A stretch of DNA of 8,902 nucleotides, from positions 1 through 8,902 of the forward strand of contig NW_021828168.1 of the NCBI RefSeq assembly GCF_006345805.1, given 5' to 3'. This document shows positions 1 to 7,510 of this stretch, piece by piece. The stretch is from Octopus sinensis. Taxonomy: Eukaryota. Under the pieces are notes generated by a model that was not told the DNA's origin, searched no databases, and worked only from the letters and a program-made list of their open reading frames with translations. The translations under genes and the position numbers were made by a program. Numbering within the stretch: the first letter of the stretch is position 1; each line of letters starts with the position of its first letter.

Positions 1-19
1 CACGCATATATATATACCA

Positions 20-410
20 CACAAATATATCCCCAACTATATACATCCCAAACTTTAAATACAACCCTCGATTCAATAACACCGTGCAGAAACTCTTTAC
101 TTGGAATGACCAATTTTAAATCCTATTGGAACTTACTCACAAGGTATTGGAATCTTATATGTATACCATTCTACCTAAATAATGGATCTACAGATGCAAT
201 ATCCCTGCATATCTCACGTCTATTTTCATTCCTCCACTTCACTCTCTATTCCATATCTTATCAAGAATAACTATTAGTTAACCATTTTCTAACACCGTCT
301 TCGATGAAGGGATATATAAAATATCCCGGAAACAGCTGTAAGACCTTCTATTTATAAATGTTCTAAAATCTTTCACGCCTTAGATTTTTATTTCATTCTG
401 ACAATGTTTT
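20..410 (+). mobile_element. Probable Penelope-like element (PLE) terminal-repeat fragment carrying HHR1
   Basis: Non-simple AT-rich sequence containing a minimal hammerhead, followed by a T-rich tail that runs into a (TA)n tract at ~410. The PLE assignment is inferred from the known association of such hammerheads with PLE repeats. No RT or GIY-YIG ORF is seen, and the 5' boundary is approximate. Confidence 0.5.
297..344 (+). ncRNA. Minimal type I hammerhead ribozyme motif HHR1 (variant core)
   Basis: Helix I GTCT(297-300)/AGAC(341-344). Core TCGATGA (301-307; canonical CUGANGA with positions 3 and 4 altered). A308.G328 mismatch, then a perfect 7-bp helix II GGGATAT(309-315)/ATATCCC(321-327). 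GAAA 329-332, palindromic helix III CAGCTG 333-338, and a GUA cleavage triplet with the cut after 340. Confidence 0.8.
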
Positions 411-415
411 ATATA

Positions 416-473
<58 letters not shown>

Positions 474-748
474 GCATACATATAATATAATTATATGAAC
501 ATTACATATGCGCTTGTATGTCTGTTTGTATATGTATATATTTCTATATGTACCTAGTATAATCACAAATGAATAAGAATATATACATACATACCTACAT
601 ACATACATACATATATATGTATATGTATACAGTATATATACAGTATGTATATATGTATAAACGTACCTCTTTATGTATGTATGTATGTGTGTATGTATGT
701 ATGTATGTATGTATGTTTGTATGTATGCATGTATGCATGTATGTATGC
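410..748. repeat. (TA)n tract followed by degenerate (CATA)n and (TATG)n microsatellites
   Basis: Direct reading: TA run ~410-472, ACAT run ~584-611, ATGT run ~674-747. Confidence 0.95.
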
Positions 749-873
749 GGGTAATTGCGTAGGCTTTGATATAGACTCCATCGAGGTACAAATTTCTCAA
801 ATATCAACTCCAAGAATTTATTAGATGATCCTTCTGCTTAAGGTAAAATTATTTTTATTTAAAATTAACATTA

Positions 874-1090
874 GGTCCGAGCTGGTAGAATGATTAGAAT
901 GACGAACAAAATGCTTGGCAGCGTTCAGTCCGTCTTTACTGTATGAATTCAAATTGTGCCAATGTCGACTTTACCTCTCGTCATTTCGGTATTGTTGAAA
1001 TAATATCAGCAACATACTAAGGTCGCGGTTGTTGACTAGCTCGCACTCCACCTCATTTTCTGGCCTCGTGCCTAGGGTGGAAAGAATAAT
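874..1090 (+). mobile_element. tRNA-derived SINE family 1, diverged full-length copy
   Basis: A-box-like TGGTAGAATGA, B-box-like GAATTCAAATT, GTCGACTTTACCT and a 3' GGCCTCGTGCCTAGGGTGGAAAGAATAAT. Collinear with the copies at 6464-6684, 7511-7720 and 8543-8727. Confidence 0.8.
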
Positions 1091-1099
1091 AAACAAACA

Positions 1100-1102
1100 T
1101 TG

Positions 1103-1147
<45 letters not shown>

Positions 1148-1295
1148 ATATTTATATACATGCATATACGTATATATATAGATACAGATACACATACATA
1201 TGGATATATATATACATATATATACACATATATACCGATGTATATATATATAAACACACATACACAGACACGCGCATAAATATATATGTATATGA

Positions 1296-1326
<31 letters not shown>

Positions 1327-1676
1327 TGTGTGTGTGTTGAACGAATACAATTCATTCTAGCATGAATATATTTACTTCAGTCAGTAAGCATATATTGTTT
1401 ACTTACACATTTGTATGAGAGAGAGAGAGAGAGAGAGAATTGTCTGTTTGAGTGTGAGCGCGCACGAATGTGTGTGTGCGTATGTTTGTGTATTTGTGTG
1501 TGTATACCACATAAACAATATATCAAATTAAAACAGATATTGCTTAGTGTTAATGATTGAATATACATTCATCATACATATATATATATATATTAAATAA
1601 AGAGACACATATATATATGTGTATATGTTATATTTATGTATGTATATCATATACATAATATATATATATATATAAT

Positions 1677-1716
<40 letters not shown>
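1100..1716. repeat. Compound microsatellite field: (TA)n, (TG)n 1296-1337, (GA)n 1417-1437, (TA)n to 1716
   Basis: Direct reading of the simple repeats, with short unique spacers between them. Confidence 0.9.
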
Positions 1717-1720
<4 letters not shown>

Positions 1721-1813
1721 GGAGTAGTAAACACATAAATGTGAAACAAGGTGGAAAAAAAAAGATAGATGAACGGCAACGAGAAACTCAGAGTACAGAT
1801 TTTGTTGAAAAAG
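1717..1813 (+). mobile_element. Short PLE-like fragment between two (TA)n tracts, containing a hammerhead remnant
   Basis: A 97-bp unique island flanked on both sides by (TA)n. It contains GATGA-ACGGCAACGA-GAAA-CTCAGAG-TA. Confidence 0.45.
1766..1800 (+). ncRNA. Degenerate hammerhead remnant HHR4 (probably inactive)
   Basis: GATGA 1768-1772, preceded by TA instead of CT. CG-GCAA-CG mini-hairpin 1774-1781, GAAA 1783-1786, quasi-palindrome CTCAGAG 1787-1793, GUA triplet ending at 1795. The 5' strand of helix I does not pair. Confidence 0.45.
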
Positions 1814-1853
<40 letters not shown>

Positions 1854-2106
1854 ATATAGGTAGCTATATAAGCATATTCCATATTTATAGAAATCAATGC
1901 CTTTATATACATTAACAATTTAACAATTTGTATGTATTTTTATACAATATATATATATATATTTATATATATATATATATACGTATGTGTGTATATAAAG
2001 AATATCCACATATGTGTATTGATAATTATGTGAATATATAAATACACACACATACACACATACATACACACTTACAAATGCAAACATACGTATATATTCG
2101 TATGCG

Positions 2107-2137
<31 letters not shown>
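1814..2137. repeat. (TA)n tracts with degenerate (CA)/(TG) stretches
   Basis: Direct reading. Confidence 0.85.
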
Positions 2138-2370
2138 CGGACTCATGAATTTATATGAATACATACACAAATCTATCATTCTCCGTACCTCTCTATGTCA
2201 TATTAACACGAGTATTTTCCTCCGGCAAACCCAACAATTGCGCACTAATGACGGTATATCAATATACAGATCGAGGGTCAACCATATTTTCACATCGAGA
2301 CTGTAAATTTCATTCTGATAATTTAAAGTACATAATGTTATAGGTGTATTTCTTATAGCACCGTACCAAT

Positions 2371-2725
2371 ATGTATGCGTGTGTGTATGTGTGTATGTGT
2401 GTATGTGAGTGTGTACGCGTGTATGTGAGTGTGTACGCGTGTATGTGTGTATACGTACACACACACATATATATATATATACATATTTATATATTCATAT
2501 GTATATCTAAATGTATATACATATACTTATGTATATATACATATTTATATTTATTTATATGTATATTTTGTATGTATATGATTATACACACATTTATACA
2601 CATACATATATATATATGTACGTATGTGTGTGTGCATGTTTGCATGTTTGTGTGTGTATAATATATATACTGATACATATAACACACGCGCGCACACACA
2701 CATACACCACACACATACACATATT
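2371..2725. repeat. Degenerate (TG)n/(TA)n/(CA)n microsatellite field
   Basis: Direct reading. Confidence 0.9.
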
Positions 2726-2754
2726 ATACTTGTGCACATCTAGAACACTACATA

Positions 2755-3015
2755 CATTTAGTATATCAAGGATTTACTTTTGTATATCTTTTTAGCCGAT
2801 TTTACACGTAAAGAGGCGTTTTTCTGTCCATTTTAATCTACATTATGCAATTTACCTGTTTTTCTACCATTTTTAAGAGGCTATGTCTTTTGGCTACGAG
2901 ATATAAGCTCGGAAAATTGTCGTGCTGATGAGGAATACTAAAGGCAGAAACACGTGTCTACGATTGACCTCTTCTATCAGGCTTATAACGCTGTCCTTTT
3001 CTTTAGTGCTCTATA
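2755..3015 (+). mobile_element. Probable PLE-like terminal-repeat fragment carrying HHR2
   Basis: T-rich non-simple sequence around the hammerhead. Boundaries are approximate and the assignment is by inference only. Confidence 0.4.
2919..2964 (+). ncRNA. Minimal type I hammerhead ribozyme motif HHR2
   Basis: Helix I GTCGTG(2919-2924)/TACGAT(2959-2964), 6 bp with two G.U pairs. Canonical CTGATGA 2925-2931. A 15-nt segment with no clear helix II (2932-2946), GAAA 2947-2950, palindromic helix III CACGTG 2951-2956, and a GUC triplet with the cut after 2958. Confidence 0.8.
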
Positions 3016-3264
3016 GGCTTTGAAGAATGCTTGACTCTTGAGATTATCTCCCCTTCAGAACAGAAACCGTTCATAATTGATATTTTCTTATAATGACACA
3101 TCCCCTAAGGGCAGAAATAATTTTAATAATGCATGTTGTATGGTGTTTGATATACCTGTATTTCTCTATGTTGTTTAACTACATGACACTGAGTACTCGA
3201 TTTATTTCTCTCGACTCGTTTTGAGCAAATAAAGCAGAATCATATGCATCTAAACATTTATTGT

Positions 3265-3292
3265 TTATATATTTATATACATACATATATAA

Positions 3293-3323
<31 letters not shown>

Positions 3324-3485
3324 CGTGTGTGTGTGTGTGTGTGTGTGTGAATAATAGGTATATGCATATATATGCATATACTGAGAAATAACTATGCTAT
3401 ATGTATATATGCATATATATATATATATATGCGCATACATACAGATACACACACACATATATATATATAGATGTACATGCATATA
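3265..3485. repeat. (TA)n/(TG)n compound microsatellite
   Basis: Direct reading. Confidence 0.9.
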
Positions 3486-3486
3486 T

Positions 3487-3578
3487 TCTTTCACTTTTTT
3501 GCTTGCTTCAGTCATTTGACGGGGACGTAGACACACCAGCATCGGTTGTCATGCGATGCGGAGGGACAAACACAGACA
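3487..3578 (-). mobile_element. 3' fragment of a third SINE family, apparently with an internal deletion
   Basis: The reverse complement reads TGTCTGTGTTTGTCCC...ACAACCGATGCTGGTGTGT.TACGTCCCC|GTCAAATGACTGAAGCAAG. This matches my recollection of an abundant octopus SINE 3' region with its middle removed. There is no second copy in the window to confirm it. Confidence 0.5.
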
Positions 3579-3584
3579 ATCATA

Positions 3585-3651
3585 ATGTATGTATGTATGT
3601 ATGTATGTATGTATGTATGTATGTATGTATGTATGTATGTATGTATGTATG

Positions 3652-3697
<46 letters not shown>

Positions 3698-3727
3698 ACT
3701 ATCTATCTATCTATCTATTCTATATAT

Positions 3728-3791
<64 letters not shown>

Positions 3792-3880
3792 TGCATACAT
3801 TCATACATATATGCATACATACACACACATACATACAAACATATCCATACATATACAAATATATATACTGCATATACACG
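3585..3880. repeat. Compound microsatellite (ATGT)n-(ATCT)n-(TA)n-(AG)n, then degenerate (CATA)n
   Basis: (ATGT)n ~3585-3653, (ATCT)n ~3653-3718, (TA)n ~3721-3767, (AG)n ~3767-3791. Confidence 0.95.
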
Positions 3881-3978
3881 GGGGTCAATTTATAGACACA
3901 ATGATATAATACAATTTCTTACGTATACAGATAAGAAAGTATGAAATTGTTGTGTATTACTATTATATATTACGTAGT

Positions 3979-4298
3979 GAAGGTGCGTGGTTTAGTGAGT
4001 AGTATGTTCGGTACAACGTCGTGAGTTCAATTCCTGGCAAATTGTTGTGTGTTTTTTTGCAAGAAAATCGATGTCACGTTTCTGCGGTACATTCAGCTGG
4101 CAAAAAAAAATGGAATTATACCCGTAATTTAAAGAGCCTGCCTTGTCACATTCTTTGCTAGGTTGAATCTCCTTGAGAATTCTGTTAGGGGTACGAGTGT
4201 CCATGGAGTGCTCAGCCCTTGCATGCTAGTTTCAGAAGCAGGCTCATTCGCAGAAAGGATCAACCGGAACTCTCGCCGTCGTAACTGACAGAATGCCA
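3979..4298 (+). mobile_element. tRNA-derived SINE family 2, near full length
   Basis: A-box-like TGGTTTAGTGAGT and B-box GAGTTCAATTCC (4023-4034). A central TTGTGT...GCAAG...TCAGCTGGCAAAAA block and a 3' end GTCGTAACTGACAGAATGCCA. A second copy lies at 8326-8485. Confidence 0.8.
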
Positions 4299-4375
4299 TT
4301 AGTTGTGTATTACTATATAAAAAGTTACTTGTCCTGAATACGAAACTCTATTGTAGTTGCATAATCGGAGGAGCA

Positions 4376-4377
<2 letters not shown>

Positions 4378-4408
<31 letters not shown>

Positions 4409-4433
4409 GCACACACACACGCACGCACACAAG

Positions 4434-4484
<51 letters not shown>

Positions 4485-4526
4485 CTTCATTTACCTGTTG
4501 ATATGTGAGTGCCTCTCTGTATGCTG

Positions 4527-4583
<57 letters not shown>

Positions 4584-4724
4584 CCTTTTCATGTCTGTTT
4601 ACACACACACACGCTCACACATGTATATTAATTTATGTCTATGCTTATGCATATGTATATATAATGTATATATATATAGGCATAAATGTGTATGCATATA
4701 TGTGGTGTATATGTAATACAGATG

Positions 4725-4761
<37 letters not shown>
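4378..4761. repeat. (CT)n-(CA)n 4378-4480, (ATCT)n 4527-4583, degenerate then pure (TA)n to 4761
   Basis: Direct reading. Confidence 0.93.
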
Positions 4762-4768
<7 letters not shown>

Positions 4769-4855
4769 TATTAGAGACAAAACCACTATTTGCACAAACA
4801 AACAAGGAAAGACTTAATCAATACATAAAATTTTAATAAATAGTCAAAAAAACCG

Positions 4856-4897
4856 CCACTACAATCGTTTCTTGTCTTGATCGACATCTTCAGGTGG
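4856..4897 (-). ncRNA. Minimal type I hammerhead HHR3' (inverted copy)
   Basis: The minus strand reads CCAC-CTGAAGA-TGTC-GATCAA-GACA-A-GAAA-CGATTG-TA-GTGG. It has a 1-nt deletion in helix II relative to HHR3. The cut would fall between 4860 and 4859. Confidence 0.8.
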
Positions 4898-4926
4898 ACT
4901 TCCAATAAGTCAGTTTCATTGGAAGT

Positions 4927-4969
4927 CCACCTGAAGATTGTCGATCAAGACAAGAAACGATTGTAGTGG
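4927..4969 (+). ncRNA. Minimal type I hammerhead ribozyme motif HHR3
   Basis: Helix I CCAC(4927-4930)/GTGG(4966-4969). CTGAAGA 4931-4937. Helix II TTGTC(4938-4942)/GACAA(4949-4953), GAAA 4954-4957, helix III CGATTG 4958-4963 (self-complementary with G.U pairs), and a GUA triplet with the cut after 4965. Confidence 0.88.
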
Positions 4970-5152
4970 CGGTTATTTTGACTATTTATTAAAATTTTAT
5001 GTATTGATTAGTCTTCCTTGTTTGTTTTGCAAAATAGTGGTTTTGTCTCTAATAATATTTTATAATATTTTACTATAAAATTGGATTTAATCCTAAATCT
5101 GATTTTTTTCCCTGTAAATTTGGATTTATTCCCTAATATTTTTATTTATAAT

Positions 5153-5188
<36 letters not shown>

Positions 5189-5574
5189 CTAGCAGTATCG
5201 CCCGGCGTTGCTCGGGTTTGTAAGGGAAATAACTATATAAGCATTTTTAGAGATGTAAGTATAATAGCCATCTCAATATGGCTAACCACAAGGGCGGGGT
5301 GTTACTGTAGCTTTTTACGTTCTGAGATTTAATAATATTTTTAGAGAGTTACTTCCCTTATATATGCCAAAAATGCATTAAAAATGGGAAAAATTGATGG
5401 TAATTTTTTATTTAAATCGTAGACTCATCGTAGACGCGCGCTAATACCCAGAAGGGCTCGATATGAATCACGACTATAAGATACCCAGTTTTGGTTAAAC
5501 TGCACCGCAAAATGTGGGAGTAGTTAGGAATCTAAATTGTAGGAGACAGCACACAACCTCATTTTTATATATAA

Positions 5575-5577
<3 letters not shown>
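5189..5577 (-). mobile_element. Non-autonomous Helitron (389 bp)
   Basis: The minus strand starts TC (5577-5576) right after an A and ends CTAG (5192-5189) right before a T, giving an A|T target with no TSD. A GC-rich hairpin CCCG-A-GC-AAC-GC-CGGG (5201-5216) lies 8 nt from the CTAG. No Rep/helicase ORF. Confidence 0.9.
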
Positions 5578-5611
<34 letters not shown>

Positions 5612-5830
5612 TGTGTTTGCATGTTTACATACATGTATATGTGTATCCTTATATATATACACACACTATACACACAAGTATAGATATATAATCCACAAAT
5701 CATTTCGTAAGGAATCTCTCTTCTAACGTATATCTGTGTGTATATATAGGATTCTGTGTGAGTGTGTATTTGTGTGTGTGCGTGCGTGTGTGTGCGCGCC
5801 TGTGCATGAGTGAGTGTGTTTGTTTATGAG
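5578..5830. repeat. (TA)n and degenerate (TG)n microsatellites
   Basis: Direct reading. Confidence 0.85.
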
Positions 5831-5849
5831 AGTGCGTATAATTTTATAT

Positions 5850-6420
5850 ACTGCGGTCTTTGAGGAATGGTGTCTTCCACATCATATGCCGATGGATTCT
5901 AATATATTCCGTAGCTTCCCACATCTTGGATGTCAAACATCTGTGATACTCCTTGGGAACTTCCGTTTTCTTTTCCACCACAAGCTTGCTTTACCTTCAT
6001 TTCCAATGCTGTCACTACAATTTACCGTATGCAGCGGTGACCACAACTTACAGGATGCAGCGGTGACCACAACTTACAGGATGCAGCGTTGACCACAACA
6101 ATTATGCATCAAATCTTGTGTTAATTTCTACTTTGTTTTCGATTTAGCTCTTGTACCTCTTCCATATGTTTATTAAGCACTTTCTGATTAACCCTCCAGC
6201 TTGCATGTCATTTTTCTGTTCGTATTTCTAATTTCATCTTCAGTCAACTAAATCGTCGTAAATATATCTACAATTCTACAACATACCACATTTCCACGAG
6301 ACACTGTACTCTGCTCTCCTCGTGCCTTACACATTCACCATCCTTTTCTTATGCTCACTCCACAATGGCTTGCGAAATCACGTCAACTCAACCATCAGAG
6401 GAAATATATCAAGTCAATTC
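5850..6420 (-). mobile_element. Possible highly decayed 3' part of an RTE-like LINE ORF
   Basis: The minus strand is purine-rich with stops and frameshifts. It gives, in order, YISSDG, EMW, DEIRN and LEMKVKQACG, which loosely follow the RTE post-RT region. The similarity was judged by eye and is weak. Confidence 0.35.
6029..6099. repeat. 26-bp tandem repeat ATGCAGCGGTGACCACAACTTACAGG, about 2.7 copies
   Basis: Identical units at 6029-6054 and 6055-6080, a partial unit at 6081-6099 with one mismatch, and a degenerate unit at ~6006-6028. Confidence 0.95.
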
Positions 6421-6463
6421 ATGCCACAAACTAACTATTTATAGCTAAATATTCGACGCTGGT

Positions 6464-6684
6464 AAACGCGGTGAACTGACAGAGCCGTTACCACGCCGGG
6501 CAAAATGCTTCACAGCATTTCGCTCGGCTTTAATTTTTGAGCTCAAGTCCCATCGAGGTCAACTTTACCTTCCATTCCTGCGGGATTGATAAAATAGGTA
6601 CCAGTTGAGCATTGGGGTAGGTGTAATTGATTTGTCTCCACTCCCAAAATTGCTGGTCTTGTGCCAAAAATTTTAAATCAATAT
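6464..6684 (+). mobile_element. SINE family 1 copy
   Basis: GGTGAACTGACAGAG...CAAAATGCTT...GAGCTCAAGTCCCATCGAGGTCAACTTTACCT...GTACCAGTTGAGCATTGGGGT...GGTCTTGTGCC; aligns with the other three copies. Confidence 0.85.
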
Positions 6685-6699
6685 ATTTGTTGTTTGTGC

Positions 6700-7025
6700 T
6701 TCCTTCAAATCCATCAAAGCTGTACGCTCACGAAAAAAATTTTGAAGTTTGGGTGCTGGTTTCGCCTACGTTCATGCGTTATATTTTATAAGAATATTGG
6801 GGGAAAGAACTCTGTGCCACATGGTTCTGGTTGTAGCATTCACAATGTTTTTTTCAAGCAGTAAGGATAATCCACAAAGAGTTATATCTCTTGGGAAACC
6901 ACACAAAGGATGACAATTATACTTACAACACATAGTCTTCAACCTGGTGGCAATCAGCTGTGCCACACACCTCCCGTACATATTGACCAGAAATGTAGGC
7001 ATTTTGTACACTGATCTTAAGTTTC
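6700..7025 (+). mobile_element. Decayed non-LTR reverse transcriptase fragment (CR1/L2/Jockey-like)
   Basis: Collinear, frameshifted motifs: NPSK (6708-6719), KILK, IFYK..SVP, FFK, KDNPQRVISL (6863-6892; cf. K.DPxNYRPISL), SCATHL (6956-6973; cf. QHGF..SCxTxL) and VGILYTD (6995-7015; cf. VDxIYxDF). Confidence 0.55.
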
Positions 7026-7069
7026 ATTTCCTACAAGAGGGACTACAATGGTTTCCTTTATTCAGCAAT

Positions 7070-7330
7070 CATACGTACTGCTGATGCGTCATGGCCTCCC
7101 AGTCCTATTGCTTTAGTCATTCGTTCCTCTCCTCCTGTATGATGAATTTGTCTGGCGACAGTGTCTCACATGCTAGTGATTTTTTTTTCTGGTGGGATAC
7201 CCATTTGTTATTTATTGATCCCAGTACAGTCAATATCTCCTGCAAAATATCAGACTTTACTGCGCTCTTGCAGTTGCTTTTCTTTACTTCTCTGATTTAT
7301 TCACGTAATATTTCCACGCTGTTAAAACTA
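7070..7330 (-). mobile_element. Decayed RTE-like reverse transcriptase N-terminal fragment
   Basis: The minus strand gives VEILRE*IREVKKSNCKSAVKSDILQEILTVLGSINNKWV, then after frameshifts IIQE..ND* and GGHDA. This resembles RTE RT domains 0-1 (K..KA.G.SGI..E.L...G...WV...I...G.IP.DW...KGKGDA). Confidence 0.5.
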
Positions 7331-7510
7331 TCGTTTGGGCGGCCTCAACAATCTGATTCATTGAAGCGGATTTATATGTCACCAGCCCAATTATGTATGC
7401 GTACATGCATGTATGCATACAAACTGATATACACAAAATCAAATACGCTCACCTACACGTATTCCGTGCCTGATTTCCTGCCAAAGTTAGAACTTATATA
7501 CAGTTATTAT

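Larger units (their letters stand above)
4759..5064. repeat. Long inverted repeat: arms 4759-4906 and 4918-5064, 11-nt spacer AAGTCAGTTTC
   Basis: Manual alignment shows about 6 differences (mostly 1-nt indels) over ~148 bp. Confidence 0.97.
4759..5147 (+). mobile_element. PLE-like insertion: sense copy 4918-5147 plus an inverted, shorter copy 4759-4906, embedded in (TA)n
   Basis: Hammerhead-bearing repeat with a T-rich tail, flanked by (TA)n on both sides. Inverted partial terminal repeats are a known PLE configuration. Confidence 0.6.

Noticed and set aside
750-835. Possible extra SINE fragment (ACTCCATCGAGGTAC)
   Set aside because: The match is too short and has no collinear flanking similarity.
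2140-2370. Unique island that might be a host exon (62-aa ORF)
   Set aside because: No convincing splice signals or protein similarity are visible. It cannot be excluded without RNA-seq.
3015-3080. TTGAAGA...GAAACCGTTC, possible hammerhead
   Set aside because: The core is non-canonical, the spacing is long, and neither helix I nor helix III pairs.
3979-4040. Possible tRNA gene (A and B boxes)
   Set aside because: No complete cloverleaf is present. It continues into a SINE body and has a second SINE copy in the window.
393-5726. About 30 ORFs rich in Y/I/C/V/H/T from the six-frame track
   Set aside because: Most are stop-free translations of TA, TG, CA and TATG microsatellites; the rest overlap repeats or unique spacers. 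None has a recognisable domain.
6029-6099. CRISPR-like direct repeats
   Set aside because: The units are directly adjacent with no spacers, and the context is eukaryotic with no cas genes.
6195-6250. Minus-strand CTGAAGA followed by GAAA, hammerhead-like
   Set aside because: There is no helix III/UH site and no strand complementary to the 5' helix I.
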